Source of the DNA: Craspedostauros australis
Lineage: Eukaryota
DNA length: 43,654 bases
Direction of reading: 5' to 3'
Assembly: GCA_030167865.1 (NCBI GenBank)
Contig: JALAGF010004047.1
Coordinates: forward strand, 1-43,654
Under the pieces are notes generated by a model. It ran no database searches. It was not told the origin of the DNA and worked only from the letters and a program-made list of their open reading frames with translations. Positions 19,908-31,790 of this stretch are shown here, piece after piece (within the stretch, counting starts at the first letter, position 1; each line of letters begins with the position of its first letter). The position numbers were made by a program, and so were the translations under genes.

Positions 19908-21731
19908 GGTTGTGTATGGTATAGTGTAGTTTGGTATGAGTGTATGTAGGGACTCTGGCTACTGCACGAATGCCTGTAGGGATGCCTGAAGGGATGCCTG
20001 GGTGGAGGTGGTACTCTCGTTGTCCTCGTGGAGTAGCCTCTCAGCAGAGCCGCTTGTTTGACGTTGCCTTGTGGGGTTGTGCCCTTTCTCAAGTCGGTCG
20101 CTCAAGTCGGTTCCTCCCCTGACCGTAACGTCGCACTCTGGTTGGGAAGTTGTTGCCCTTGCTGCTCTTCCTGGCTGTTGCTGAATGAGATGATGCAGTT
20201 CTCGATGCAACAGTCTAGTGGATGCAACAATGGATGCTGATGACCGGGAAGGTCGCTTCTGCCTTTGATGTTGCCACGTCCGCCCAGTGAAGCTCGATGG
20301 CGCCTGCTCTCGGTATTGGTGCGGAACGACGCAGAATGGAGCAAAAAGGTGGCAGAATCGCTGAGGAATGATGGATGAACAGCCTCTCCTGCTCTTGCCT
20401 TCACTCGCAACGCCAACAACGACACCTTCACAGAATCAGGGGAGGCTTGTATGCGACAGCGCAAAGTGCCGATGGTACGGGTCACGCAGGGAAATGTGTA
20501 GTTGTACAGCACGTGTGTGGTATCACTTGTCCCTCGTAGTTCCCCGCTTCACTTTGCTCTGCTCTCCTTCTGCTGAATGCTGTGTGATACCATACAGCCG
20601 CGATGTGATGTGATGTGATGCCACCCACGATACCAGGGGATGTGATGAATACAGCAGCTGCGTCCGGATGGGTTGGGCACAATCCCTCCTTGGTCCTTCA
20701 CTGCTCCTTCTCTTCTTCAGAGAGCACTTCGACCAGAGTTGGGACGCGGCGCGTGTCCTATTTCAACAACGCCTTGTTCCAGACAGGGAGATATCGTGAC
20801 GCAACGCAACACAAAACGACACCCAATCCGCTCTTGGAAGTGAAGCTAAATCCCCCCGCGAGACGTTCGCCTCCGTTGGAATACCGGCGTGCTTTCGTGG
20901 GATTGCGTGCGCGTCCGAGGAATGCAATGCCGATGGAATTCTCGCGAACTTTGCTTTCCTCTGCATGCTTCCCATCAACATTTGGGTAGGCATGCTTCGC
21001 GCATGTACGTATCGTGCTGCGCAAGTCTTACGATCACCACGATGCATCGCCAAAAAAGTGATGAATGAACACACAAAAAGACGCCTTTGGCAGTCCACAC
21101 ATTGGCGTTTCTCCAACTCAATACTGAATCTTCCTGATACCCTTCGGAAGATTGGCCGACGAAATATTTATTGGGAAACCTTGCAGGGCGGACATTGTTG
21201 GCTAATGGCGCCTTCGACTTCTGCTCAACGAGGCTTAGTCCTTCCGGAATCAGGTACATCGGACATGGTGTGGACATGGTATTATCCAATAATAAGGCGT
21301 ATCCTGCGGACTATACGAGCCAGCACGGGCACCCTTTCTCACAATGTGAATTCGCCATGGCGGATGCGAACATCGGACTTTGGCAGCTCCTTCATTTTGT
21401 GAAGGAATTGGAACCAAACATCAACCAACCAACGCATCGTGACAGCTCCACAAAACCCTCACAACACCATCACGTACAACCAAAACCAAACCAAACCAAC
21501 CATCACGTTGCCTCGACAAAAGCCAACACGGTGCAACCAACGCACTATCTGCTGGTATAATATTGGTCCTGTACTTTACTGACAACGTGCTTGTGCGTCG
21601 TGGTTTGTGCGTCGTGTATTGTTGCATCGCGTACTGTGTGTTTATTTGTATAATATTCTAGAATATATTATACGACGACTCTACGTACATCCACGTCAAA
21701 TCCCTTACTCTCTCGCTCTCCCCCACATTCA

Positions 21732-21775
21732 CTTCCCTTCCCTTCCCTTCCCTTCCCTTCCCTTCCCTTCCCTTC
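21732..21775. repeat. (CTTCC)n pentanucleotide microsatellite, about 8 copies
   Basis: Read directly; lies just downstream of the copy B stop codon. Confidence 0.9.
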
Positions 21776-21859
21776 TCTCCTCTAATCCTCTCATTCCGTT
21801 TCTACGCAACGCAATCGGCACGGCCACTGCTACAGACGCTGCTGCCACAAACGCTGCTT

Positions 21860-24800
21860 TCACTGTTGATCCTGGTTGGCCTTCTCGCGCCACTCTTTGA
21901 CGACGGCTGCGCCACGACGAGACCATTCCTCGCGGTTCATCTTGGCGTATTCCAACAGCTCTTCACCAGCGCCCACCAATTCATCACAATCTCTCAGTCT
22001 CTTCGTCAATGGAATGACCACCTCGTCCAGGAACTTCAGTTCGTGGCCGTACCAATCGACGTACGGATCCGTGTCTCGACGGCCGCCCTCGAACGCGACA
22101 CGCTGCTCCTCCAGCAGACGGTGGTTCCATTTCTGGTACACCAGCCAGTGCTGGGTGGCGTGGCTCACCTTGCCAGCTTGAAGCACGGATTCGAGAACGA
22201 GGCTGCCCTTCTCCACGATCTCGGCGCGGATGTTGCGACTGCTGCGCTTTGGGATCTTGCCTGTGAAACTGACGCGGGTCACCGGCGTCGTCGATATAGG
22301 GAATGCCTTCTCCCACCGCTCCTGCTGGCTTGCCAACGATCCTTCGTCGTCAGTATCCATCGCCATGACGAGGCTGACGAGGAGCTGTCGGAATGACGAC
22401 CTCGTGGTGTTGTTGTCGTCACCGAGCAGGCACTTGCGCAGATCGTCGTACCGGCTCTCCATCAGCAGGCCCCAGCCAAACTTCAACGCGTTCTGCTGCA
22501 TGGCGCCCCTCGTGCCGAAGGTGATCGCCAGCTCGTGATTCTCGCGCACGAGCTGTGAGTTGGACACTCCGGGATGGTCGACGTCATGGATCAGAGCCGC
22601 GAACATGCAGGCAAAGTGAGACAGCGGGTCAGTGACGATCTCCTGAACGCGGCGGCAGCGATCGGTGCAGTGGGATCCGGCATCAGCCTCGAGGATCGAA
22701 TGCAATCGCTCGATGATCTTGTTGGTGGACATGGCGACATGGCTGGCATGAGCAAAGTTGTGGAAACAATTCTCCTGCCTGTGCGCGAATGCGATTGTCA
22801 TGATCAGATCCTTCAGCTGGTTGGCGAGGTTCGGTTGCAGCTGGATGGAATCGTCGTTTCTGCGCGAGTACGCGGACTCGGCACTGCCCTTGCCGTGCTG
22901 TCGCGACCCATCGCGAGCACCGGCTTTGTCGTTGGTGTCCGCGCTGCAGACCTGGAAATAGCTTTCGTCGTTGTGAAAGCTGGCATGATCAAGTGTGGCC
23001 GAGCTCAGCACGCTCGGTAGATTCATCTGACGTTGTATCGCATTCTTCGAAACGATGCGCTTCAGAAGGGTGGACATCAAATCGTTGTTCCAATCGATGA
23101 GCCTCTGGAAGCGCGGCGATAGCAAGCTCTGCGTTTCTTGCACCAGCGGGTCGGTGAGCGGCGACGAGGCGAACGTGTCGAAGGATCGGCATGATCCGAA
23201 GTTGCGCAGTGCCGGTTCGGTACTCCTTCCCTTGCCTTTGCACTTGACCCAGTATCTGTAACATGCACAACAGTCGGCATCAGCAGCAGGAAGCAGCACC
23301 GGCAGCAAACAAGGACATCCGAATGGACGCAAGTCATCGAATGCACGAGTGACGATGAATGGTTGCGATCGAGAGAATGCACAGAAGATAAATTCAACAG
23401 CGAGCAGGGCAGAGCAGAGCAGAGAATGGCACGTTAGTCTCGATGAAACATGGGATGGAGAAAACGTCAAGTGTTCGGACACAATCAGATCAAGACACTT
23501 CAAGCACAGCAAAGATCAAACCAATCCAACATCACACGTCAAGCAAGCAAGCAATGAAGCAATCGGCCAGATGGCGACAACGTACGTCTGGATCGTCCCC
23601 TTGCCCTTGGCATGAATCATATCCTCCCTGGGCATCAGCCAGTGAGACTTCCCGTTGGAGATGAGCTGGTCCGCCGTCTGCTGCGAGCACTGGATGCGCC
23701 TGGGCTTGCCCGTGCTCTCCATCCTGCTGGCCGTGTTGACGGTGTCACCAAAGAGCTGGAAGCGTGACTTTTGGCCTCTCAGAACGCCTGCCGTGACTGG
23801 GCCAGAATGTAACCCGAACCTCATCGAGAGCTCGTTGGTGTCAGGACCCAGCTTGACTTCGAGCTGCTGCGTGATTTCTGCGAGTTTGAACATCACATCC
23901 GTCGCAAACTTGGCCATGATGACGGCGTGCTCTGGCTGTGGATCCGGAAGTCCCGCGACGGCCAGGTAGCAATCACCGATGGTCTCCACCTTGAATACGG
24001 ATCTGCGATCCGCCAGCGTGTCAAAGCTACCGTACAGAGCTTCCAGCAGCGTGAAGACTTGCGATGGTTGGCGTGACGATGACCACGCCGTGAAGCCAAC
24101 GATGTCGGCGAACATCACCGTGGTGTTGGGAAAGAGCTCTGCGATGGGCTGAGTCTTCTCGCAAGCCTCTTCGGCAGCAGCCGTCACATCTGTTCTGGTG
24201 TGATCGGTGCGGGACATGAGAAATCGTTGTATGCGGTTACCTCCAGGTTGGGTGAAAGACGTGCGCACTGGCCCCGATGCCTGGCCTCCGCTCTTCCCTT
24301 GGCTGACGACGGTGCTGTCATCGATCATTTGATCCCGCACCCGTTTGGGGAACAGCGACGAAACGATCGCGTGCGTCTTCAATGCAGTCCTCATGACAAC
24401 CTGCTGCCTTCGTTCGACGAAGCAATTGTATCCTGCAAACACGAGGTACGTCATGAGGAAGACCATCAGCACCACGCCAGTGTAGACGTACGGCGCGGAT
24501 GTGAGGTATCGTCGCCTCATCTTCTTCGTGGGGTAGATGTTGATGTGGAATGGGCAGGCTTCGGTGTTGAGCTTCACGTCTCCGAAGCCGATCTTGTTCT
24601 CAACGAGCAGGTTCGTGAGTGAGAATCCCGACTCCATGTCGTTGAAGTCACGATCATGCAGGTCGCCTGGATCAACGAAGAGAATGTCACCCTCGATCAC
24701 CCTGAAGGTGTAAGATTGACCGCACGTATTCTGAAGGATCACGAGGATATCGTTTGCCTCCTTCGGGAGCTGCTTCACCTGCATGTAGGCATCCCAGAAG

Positions 24801-26131
24801 AAGTTGGCGTTGATAGTGCCCACAGTCCTGACGGATTCGACGACGTCCCCATCCTCGTTCGTGACGTGTGTCCGTTTCAGCAACGGATGGATGATAAAGC
24901 TGGAGGGCACGTCGGGCTGTCTTTGCCCAGTTTCGGTGCCGATGATCTTGGGAATGAACGTTGCCTTGGATATGTAGGTCCGCTGCGTTTCGATTGGGAC
25001 CAACAGCTCCAGCGCAGTGCTATCAGTGAGGAGATCATAGTTGACGAAGGTATCGACCGGGGATACGTGCCACACAGGAAGAAAAGGTTCCGCGTCGGAT
25101 GGCTTCCGCACGATGTCATTGCCATCAAAGCCCCAGATGTTACTGAACATGAAATCTTCATCGATCCGCCTCGCATCACGGGACGACGATTCGACCCTTC
25201 CAGACGTCTCATCGCGTGGCGTGTCAAGATCTTCGCCATCTGCTGGCCCCGGCTTGAAGTTTCCAAACTTCCAGTCCGACTGATTCGTCTCGATCTCGAA
25301 TGCCTCGCCCTGCGCGAACCATTCTCTGTGGCTTGAGGTGAAGTTCTCATACGCCGTTCTCTCGGAGTCTTCGACCAGAGCGGAGATGTAGAAGCTGGTG
25401 AAGCTGCCGAGAAGTCGAGTTGTTGCGGCACGCCGGTGAAAGTCTGAGACGTAGACCATCGGCCAGTCGTTGTCGCTGACACTAACATCGGCCATGATGG
25501 AGACCGCGAAGTTATCGACGGCAGAAAGCGCAGTGGTCACGTGGGTGATGTAGGACTCGATGATGGTGGCGGAATGTTCGTTGAAGCGCAACTCGAACTC
25601 ATCCTCCTCGTTTTGTCGGATCGATCGGAACGTGATGATGCTGAGGATGGTCGTTGCCACCAGCAGCGAAAAGACGACGATGATGCGGAGCCATCCCACC
25701 TGCTTGGTTTCCTGTTGAGCCAGGACCGGCTCGTCGTTGATGTTCTTGCGTGCGTTGTCGCTGTTAAGTCCTGCCGACGATCCGTCATGGTTTGCCGACA
25801 GCGAGGACTGATCGACCGACCGACGGTCATCCAGATGGGAGTGGGTGTCCGGCTCCTCCTCTTCCTGCTTCCCTTGCTCTTCGCGCAGGTTGGACATGTG
25901 GGTGGACGCGCTGGTCTTGCTGGAGAAGCTGAACGTGCTTGATTCTTCGTTGCCAACACTAACCTGCAGCCACGAGGCAGAGGCATCGCCGGGATTCGCG
26001 CTCGCGTTCTCGTTGTCATGTGTCCCATCGGTTCCAATCGTCTGCTTGTCAAGCCTTGCCGATCGGTTGGCGCTCATGCTCCCGAGGGTCCTCGCTGACG
26101 ACGATGCTACGAGCACCGACCTGGAAGACAT
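21860..26131 (-). CDS. Receptor-type cyclase / PDE fusion, copy B (degenerate PDE); exons 26131-23586 and 23255-21860, 1313 aa
   Basis: Same architecture as copy A: VMFADIVGFT, KVETIGD, RFQLFGDTVNTASRMES; PDE FHNFAHASHV and IHDVDHPG. A GTACGT..CAG intron at the identical position restores KGKGTIQTYW. Confidence 0.9.
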
Positions 26132-29100
26132 CGTTGTCTTTCTCTACTTGTGTTGATGCCTGGATGACGCAGTCCGGAAGGTGCGCAACGATGTAACTAG
26201 TTGGTAAGTGGATGCAAGAGCGCGATGATGATGCGGTGGTGAGATGATGACACAACGAGGTCAACTCCTTGATGGTAGATCGTTTGCCGAGCTGTTCTGG
26301 GTTGCTCCCTGCCACAGTGCGGATGTGGTGCGAGGAGTATGGTGGTCTGCGGATGATCTCTCGAAGAGTAGAGGGTGCTGCAATATACTAGCAGCAGAGT
26401 GTGATGCTATGGTATGGCTTCGCCCTTCTCGAAGCTCAACGCTTTACGTTGTGTTCTTTGTGCCAACACAGATCGATCTGAAGGATTTTATGCGTGGCCC
26501 CTTGGCCTTCGGTGATCATCGATGCTCATGCTCCGGAGACTCCAGGGCGATGGTGACGTCGCGCGATAGGGCCGAAAACGGTAACGTGCCATCTTCTCGG
26601 CCGTGTCCGGGTCGCAAACAGGAACACAATGTTCGCTTACCGCAGGCAAGGACGTTGCCATGTACATCAATGCCCCGTATGTGCAAGTCAGGGCAAGACC
26701 AAAAGAGGAACATCATAGTACTCGTACTGGGCGTTGGCGTGGGTGCAATTCGCTCATGCCCAGCTTTGGTTTTTGTCCCACAGAATTGGTTGCGATTTGT
26801 GATGTGTTGAATGGACAGATCTCCGGTGGGAGGCTTTTTGGCGCGTTTTGGATTCATCGTGATACTTTCTCCGAGAACCCGATGGTTGGCTGTTGGGTCC
26901 AACCCAGCGTCGAGGCTATCAAATCCTTCAAAATCTGGCGTCCTCGGCCGCGCACACGACACGGGCTGCTCTCCTCGACTTTTACTCTGCACGGACACCA
27001 TAGGTACGACGCCTTGGCGTACTAAGTCGACAGGGCACAAGACACCTCACCGGAACTATCGGAAGAGCCATGCGAATGAGACATGAAGTTGCAAAGTGCA
27101 TCGTGACAGCAGATGTCAAACAGAGCACGTCCGAAGACGCGCCCAACAATTGGGCCGTGCACTCGTACCTTGTAAATTGTCTCGGGGTGGATGGGTAGAA
27201 TGGCACCGAACGAAGTGGAATGGAATCGAGCGAGCTTTAGAGATCCCAGCACTTCTGCGATGCGTGATGTTTCAAGAGGTGTACGACCTACAGCTATCAT
27301 GCGATCTACGAGTACGGTAGCTCGCAGAGGAGGACGCCCACGCCATGGGCATCGTCATGGGGGGTGACAATACGAACATGCAACCTTGCTTTCGAGGGTA
27401 TACGATCAGAGTCGATCGCATTCGAGCACTTGCTCTCTATGACTCGACACGACGAGTTCGCAGAATGTTTTACACCCCGTCTCGGCTCCACACCAGCCAC
27501 GACCTCGGCAAATATAGTATAGTACTGCCATCCTTCCCAACTTTGGGCCAACCTCAACCAGGAGGGCCAGGGATCTTTCTTGTCCGGAGGCACCTTACCA
27601 ACGTGCTCGTATGTACTCTATTATACTATTATACCTAATATAATACTCAGTTGTACTCCCGCGTGATGCAAAGAACCGCATCACCAACGAGGGGGGCAAT
27701 GGAGGTCTGCATCCTGCGCCGTTTGGATGGAGAAAGAGAGTAAAACTGAAGAACGCTGCATACGGACATCACTTCGCACAGAGCACACTATTCTTTCCCG
27801 AAGAACAAGGACAGCACCAACATCTATGGCGAGGACGGTTCTGGATCGCCACTCTTCCACTCTACTATACGCTCTGTACTTGTGCGACCCCGCCGTCCTT
27901 GGGAGAACCTTCCACGCCCCTCTTGTGCCTGATCGCACTTCGAACCCCTCGGCAATTGGAAGCCGGGAGAGGCATTTCTCATCATGCAAGGGAGTGTCCA
28001 ATCGCTCGCGAACGCCCTTTCGATGTCTCCTCTCTTGGGAATCTATTTTACCACCTGGTCGTACGATTTCCATACCATCGTTCCCTTCGAACCATCCCAA
28101 CTCCGGACATGCGTGGATCATTCTGAACGTGCGAGCCACGCACGGAACGAAGGCGTTGAAGTCCCTGGAGGTGTCGGGGGCACCGTCCCGAAGATGGAAC
28201 GGAGAGGAAAAGCGATCGGAGAACACAGACCACGATGCGCGTCTGCAACGATTGGTATCTCTGTCTGTACAGTATGTACCATACCTGTGTGTTGATGTTT
28301 GGCAAACGAGTGACGCCACCACCAAGGACCAAGACGTCAATGAATGCTCTCTTTCCTCTCTTTCCTCGCCCTGGCCGCAACGTCTCCACGTGAGGTGATC
28401 GAAGTCCTCTGTGTCGATTTGCGATACCAAGTGTGTTCGAACTCGTAGGTATGGTACGAGCTGCTGGCACGTATTACATTATTTAATAATACCTCTCTGG
28501 GGGCAATGATGAAACATGTCTACCTACGTTTGCGTGGGTGCGACGTCATTTTGCACAATGTCATGTTGCATATAATATTCTATAATGTCATTAGTCCACA
28601 GACACATCCGCACCCACGCACCCCGAAAGAGTAGAGTGTACGTAGGCTTCAATCATCCATGCTCGTCCCAAAAAGAAATATTATAATATTAGGACTGGTG
28701 CTGGTATCATAGTATTGCTCATAGCAAGATGATGGCCTTGTGCTACTCTCACGTGGAGTAGGTTGCGGTCTCCTCGCAAATCCATTGCCGCCGATCTATC
28801 TACAAACTTGTGGAAAGAAATCCGAAGCGAGTCGTTGGAGTCTGTATCCAAAAATAACAGAACTTTTTTCACGTCTGTACGTATGTACGAATTGGGGATT
28901 GACTTGTTCTCTCATTTTCCCTTTGTGATCGGGAACAATCTGCTCCATGTCATCATCATTGTTCAAACGATGGTTCGTATTCTTCACAAGCATTGGCATC
29001 TCTTCCATTCGCGAAAAGCGTGCGGAACTACGATGTCCATCGCGGACATGTGCGAGACATCAATCGGTCAGTCTTGTTGGACAATGATTGGTCATCTGCA

Positions 29101-29663
29101 TCCAACGATCGCCGACTTTCCGTCGAGCGTGCCAACTCGCGCAGGCCATCCCACTCTGAAGTCAAGACCCAAAACATGTGGAAATCATGCGTATGAAGTC
29201 GCCAGAAACGGGCCCAATAACGGCCAACGCTTAAGCAGGTCTTCCGTTGCGAATTTTCTGTGTGTGTTTGTCTCTGTGTGTTGTCTGTGCGGGACCGTGG
29301 CGCGTCGCCGTCTGATGGCTTCACAATTCGAAATCAGCGTCGCAGATGCGTTCTCTTGTGTGTCTGCGACAATCACAAACACACGGACTGACTGGAACAA
29401 AGGCGTGGTGGCGCCATCACACAAACCGGTTGATTGGTGCGTGCATTCATCACATGATCAATTGCGCATCTCGTCACTCGCACATTCGGAATCGGTGCCA
29501 CACACACACAACAACAAGAACGGCAACAACGAACAGAAACAAACTCCGAGGGTGTCATCACATCAAGCCACGACACCAGTTGGGAGCAATAGAACAGATC
29601 ACCAATCAATACCATACCATACAATACCATCTCTTATCATACAATACCACTCCGGAGACAACC

Positions 29664-30389
29664 ATGGTGGCAACGACGACAACGACCCTTGCGTTCGGAA
29701 CCTACCGGCAGCAGTCGCTGCTGCGCACATGCGATGGTGCGGAACGCAGAACGAAGGAATTGCTCATTCCAACGTACGATTCCGACAGCGACCACAGCGA
29801 CGATGCCGAATCCCAAAACGGCTCTCTGGGATCGCAACCGCAGAACCTGAAGCCATCAATCAGCGGCAGCATCTCCGTCGACGATAGCACGGCCACCACC
29901 GCGACCGCCAGAAGCAGCAGCTCCAGCCTGGGCCGCGTGGTTCTGTTCGATGATGCGAAGAATGTCGTCATCGAGATTCCCAGCCATCACATGTACACGG
30001 AAGAGCAGAAGCAACGCATGTTCGCATCAAGAGCCGAGCAGCAGCAAGTGCAGAAGGATGCGGTGGACGTGGCCCGGAACGCAGCGAAGACAGGCACGCT
30101 GAGCGCTGACAACTCGGATCTGCGGGGTTTGGAGATCTTCCTCCCGGCCAACAAGCAACGCATGCACCGCACCAAGATCACCAAACGGGCCCTCCTGGAG
30201 AACCAGGCGCACAGCATCTGGAGGTTGGCAACCTCCTCGCTAGCGGCATCCTCATTCCTGTCATCGGAGTACAAGAAGCATTCCACGAAGGCCGCCCACG
30301 TGGCCTACCTGCGAGCCGTGGTCGATCAGCACGATGTCTGCAGTTCACGCAGGTCAGCTGCCCCCAGCGCCATCGTCATGAATCGATGA
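29664..30389 (+). CDS. Hypothetical protein, 241 aa, resembling a diatom-expanded VxF...RGLE family
   Basis: ACCATGG start after a C/A-rich leader; pattern RVVLF..VIEIP..YTEEQK..LRGLE..LLENQ..EYKKHS..AYLRAVVD. The family resemblance is from memory and was not searched. Confidence 0.75.
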   Translation: MVATTTTTLAFGTYRQQSLLRTCDGAERRTKELLIPTYDSDSDHSDDAESQNGSLGSQPQNLKPSISGSISVDDSTATTATARSSSSSLGRVVLFDDAKNVVIEIPSHHMYTEEQKQRMFASRAEQQQVQKDAVDVARNAAKTGTLSADNSDLRGLEIFLPANKQRMHRTKITKRALLENQAHSIWRLATSSLAASSFLSSEYKKHSTKAAHVAYLRAVVDQHDVCSSRRSAAPSAIVMNR

Positions 30390-31790
30390 TGTCATCGCCA
30401 TCCACATTGGATAGCAAAGACAAGGCAAGATCTGGAATGAGGCAGGGTGGGATGAGATTGTGAATCGGCAGTGGCATTGTCGACAACAGCGCTCAACGAG
30501 TCAAAAGGCTCGGCGACGTGTGAGAATTGTAGGTGTCGATCCATTCTCACCGAGCAACTGAGCATACGCACAGCGAGCTCACATCTTCACCATCGATTGG
30601 ACTAGACTGGAATAGACTAGACTGGACGAAAGTCAATTGAACCGACGCGATACGATGTGCTGCGTTGGAGTTGTGTGCACAGGCATGCGCTGTTGCACAT
30701 GCACACACAGACGATGGACGAAGGACGGGAACGCACCAAGTAACATCACATGGCGGGGCTCTTCGTTGCAATACAAGGATGCGAGACTTGATGTTCACCC
30801 CCTCATTCCACCTCTCACAACGAAGGCAAGGTAAGGTCATGTGACGGTGGACTGTCTGTCCATTGATGCCGTGGCCACAAGCAAGGATGCAACGACGAGA
30901 CGACGGCTCCACATCTTGGAGTTCCAGACACCATCGATGCCGCGCAGAGACCGTCAACCCACCTGTACGCAGGAAAAGCCATCATCCAGAGATGGACGCT
31001 AAGACAAGCACTTGCAGATAGATGCTCATCCTCGCTACGATCAGCATCAGTAGACATCGCACTCTCATCCACACAGCAGGATGCGCAGCCAACCAAACAA
31101 ACAAACAAGCTACCTGCTCGATAGGGGCACGAACAGATCATGTCGCAGGCTGTACCCAATCATCGCCTCGTACCCAACCACACTGCTACCTCACCATTAT
31201 CATCTTTGACGACCAAAGACAAGCACGAGGTAATGATGGCAGCTGTACCGCGACATGAACGAATAGCGACTACACATCCAGGGAACACATGTAAACATGT
31301 AATACGCTAAGTATCAGATCATCAATCACACTAGAGAGCTGTCGTGACCTGTATATATGTATGGTATGTATGCTTAGTATGATATGAAACCGATGTACCA
31401 GCAAACTTGCTCATTCCAGTTCGAACCCGTCGCTGCCGCATCTCCGGCAACGACGGTTCTCTGTCTCTCTCGCTCTTTGCTTGTGGAGGCAGCGAACACG
31501 CAAGTACCGTTGCTCCTGCCCATACATACTTGTGCTGTACCATACACCTTCGAAAGACTCGCCTCTTGTACTGTACTATACTTTATATTCTATCATTTGG
31601 TGTCAATTGTTCGAGAGGCGGCGGAGCTGCGGCAGTCCAGCGACCGTCCTGATCAAGTCAGGTATTGCACTGCTGCTATTGCTGGTGCTGCTGCTGTTTG
31701 GGCGGGTGGATGGATTGAGAAAAACTGTGTTCGATGAACCCGCGCTTGCGCTGGTGATGCCTTTGGCTTCGGTCGTAGTGCGTTGCTATT

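Noticed and set aside
20965-21560. Trp-rich overlapping ORFs between the two cyclase genes as a gene fragment
   Set aside because: No family could be assigned; would need a translated search.
27681-28430. Overlapping ORFs of 249 aa (minus) and 223 aa (plus)
   Set aside because: No recognisable domain or coding-like composition on either strand.
28763-29887. 374-aa ORF
   Set aside because: Non-ATG start, no motifs, and overlaps the better-supported 29664-30389 gene out of frame.
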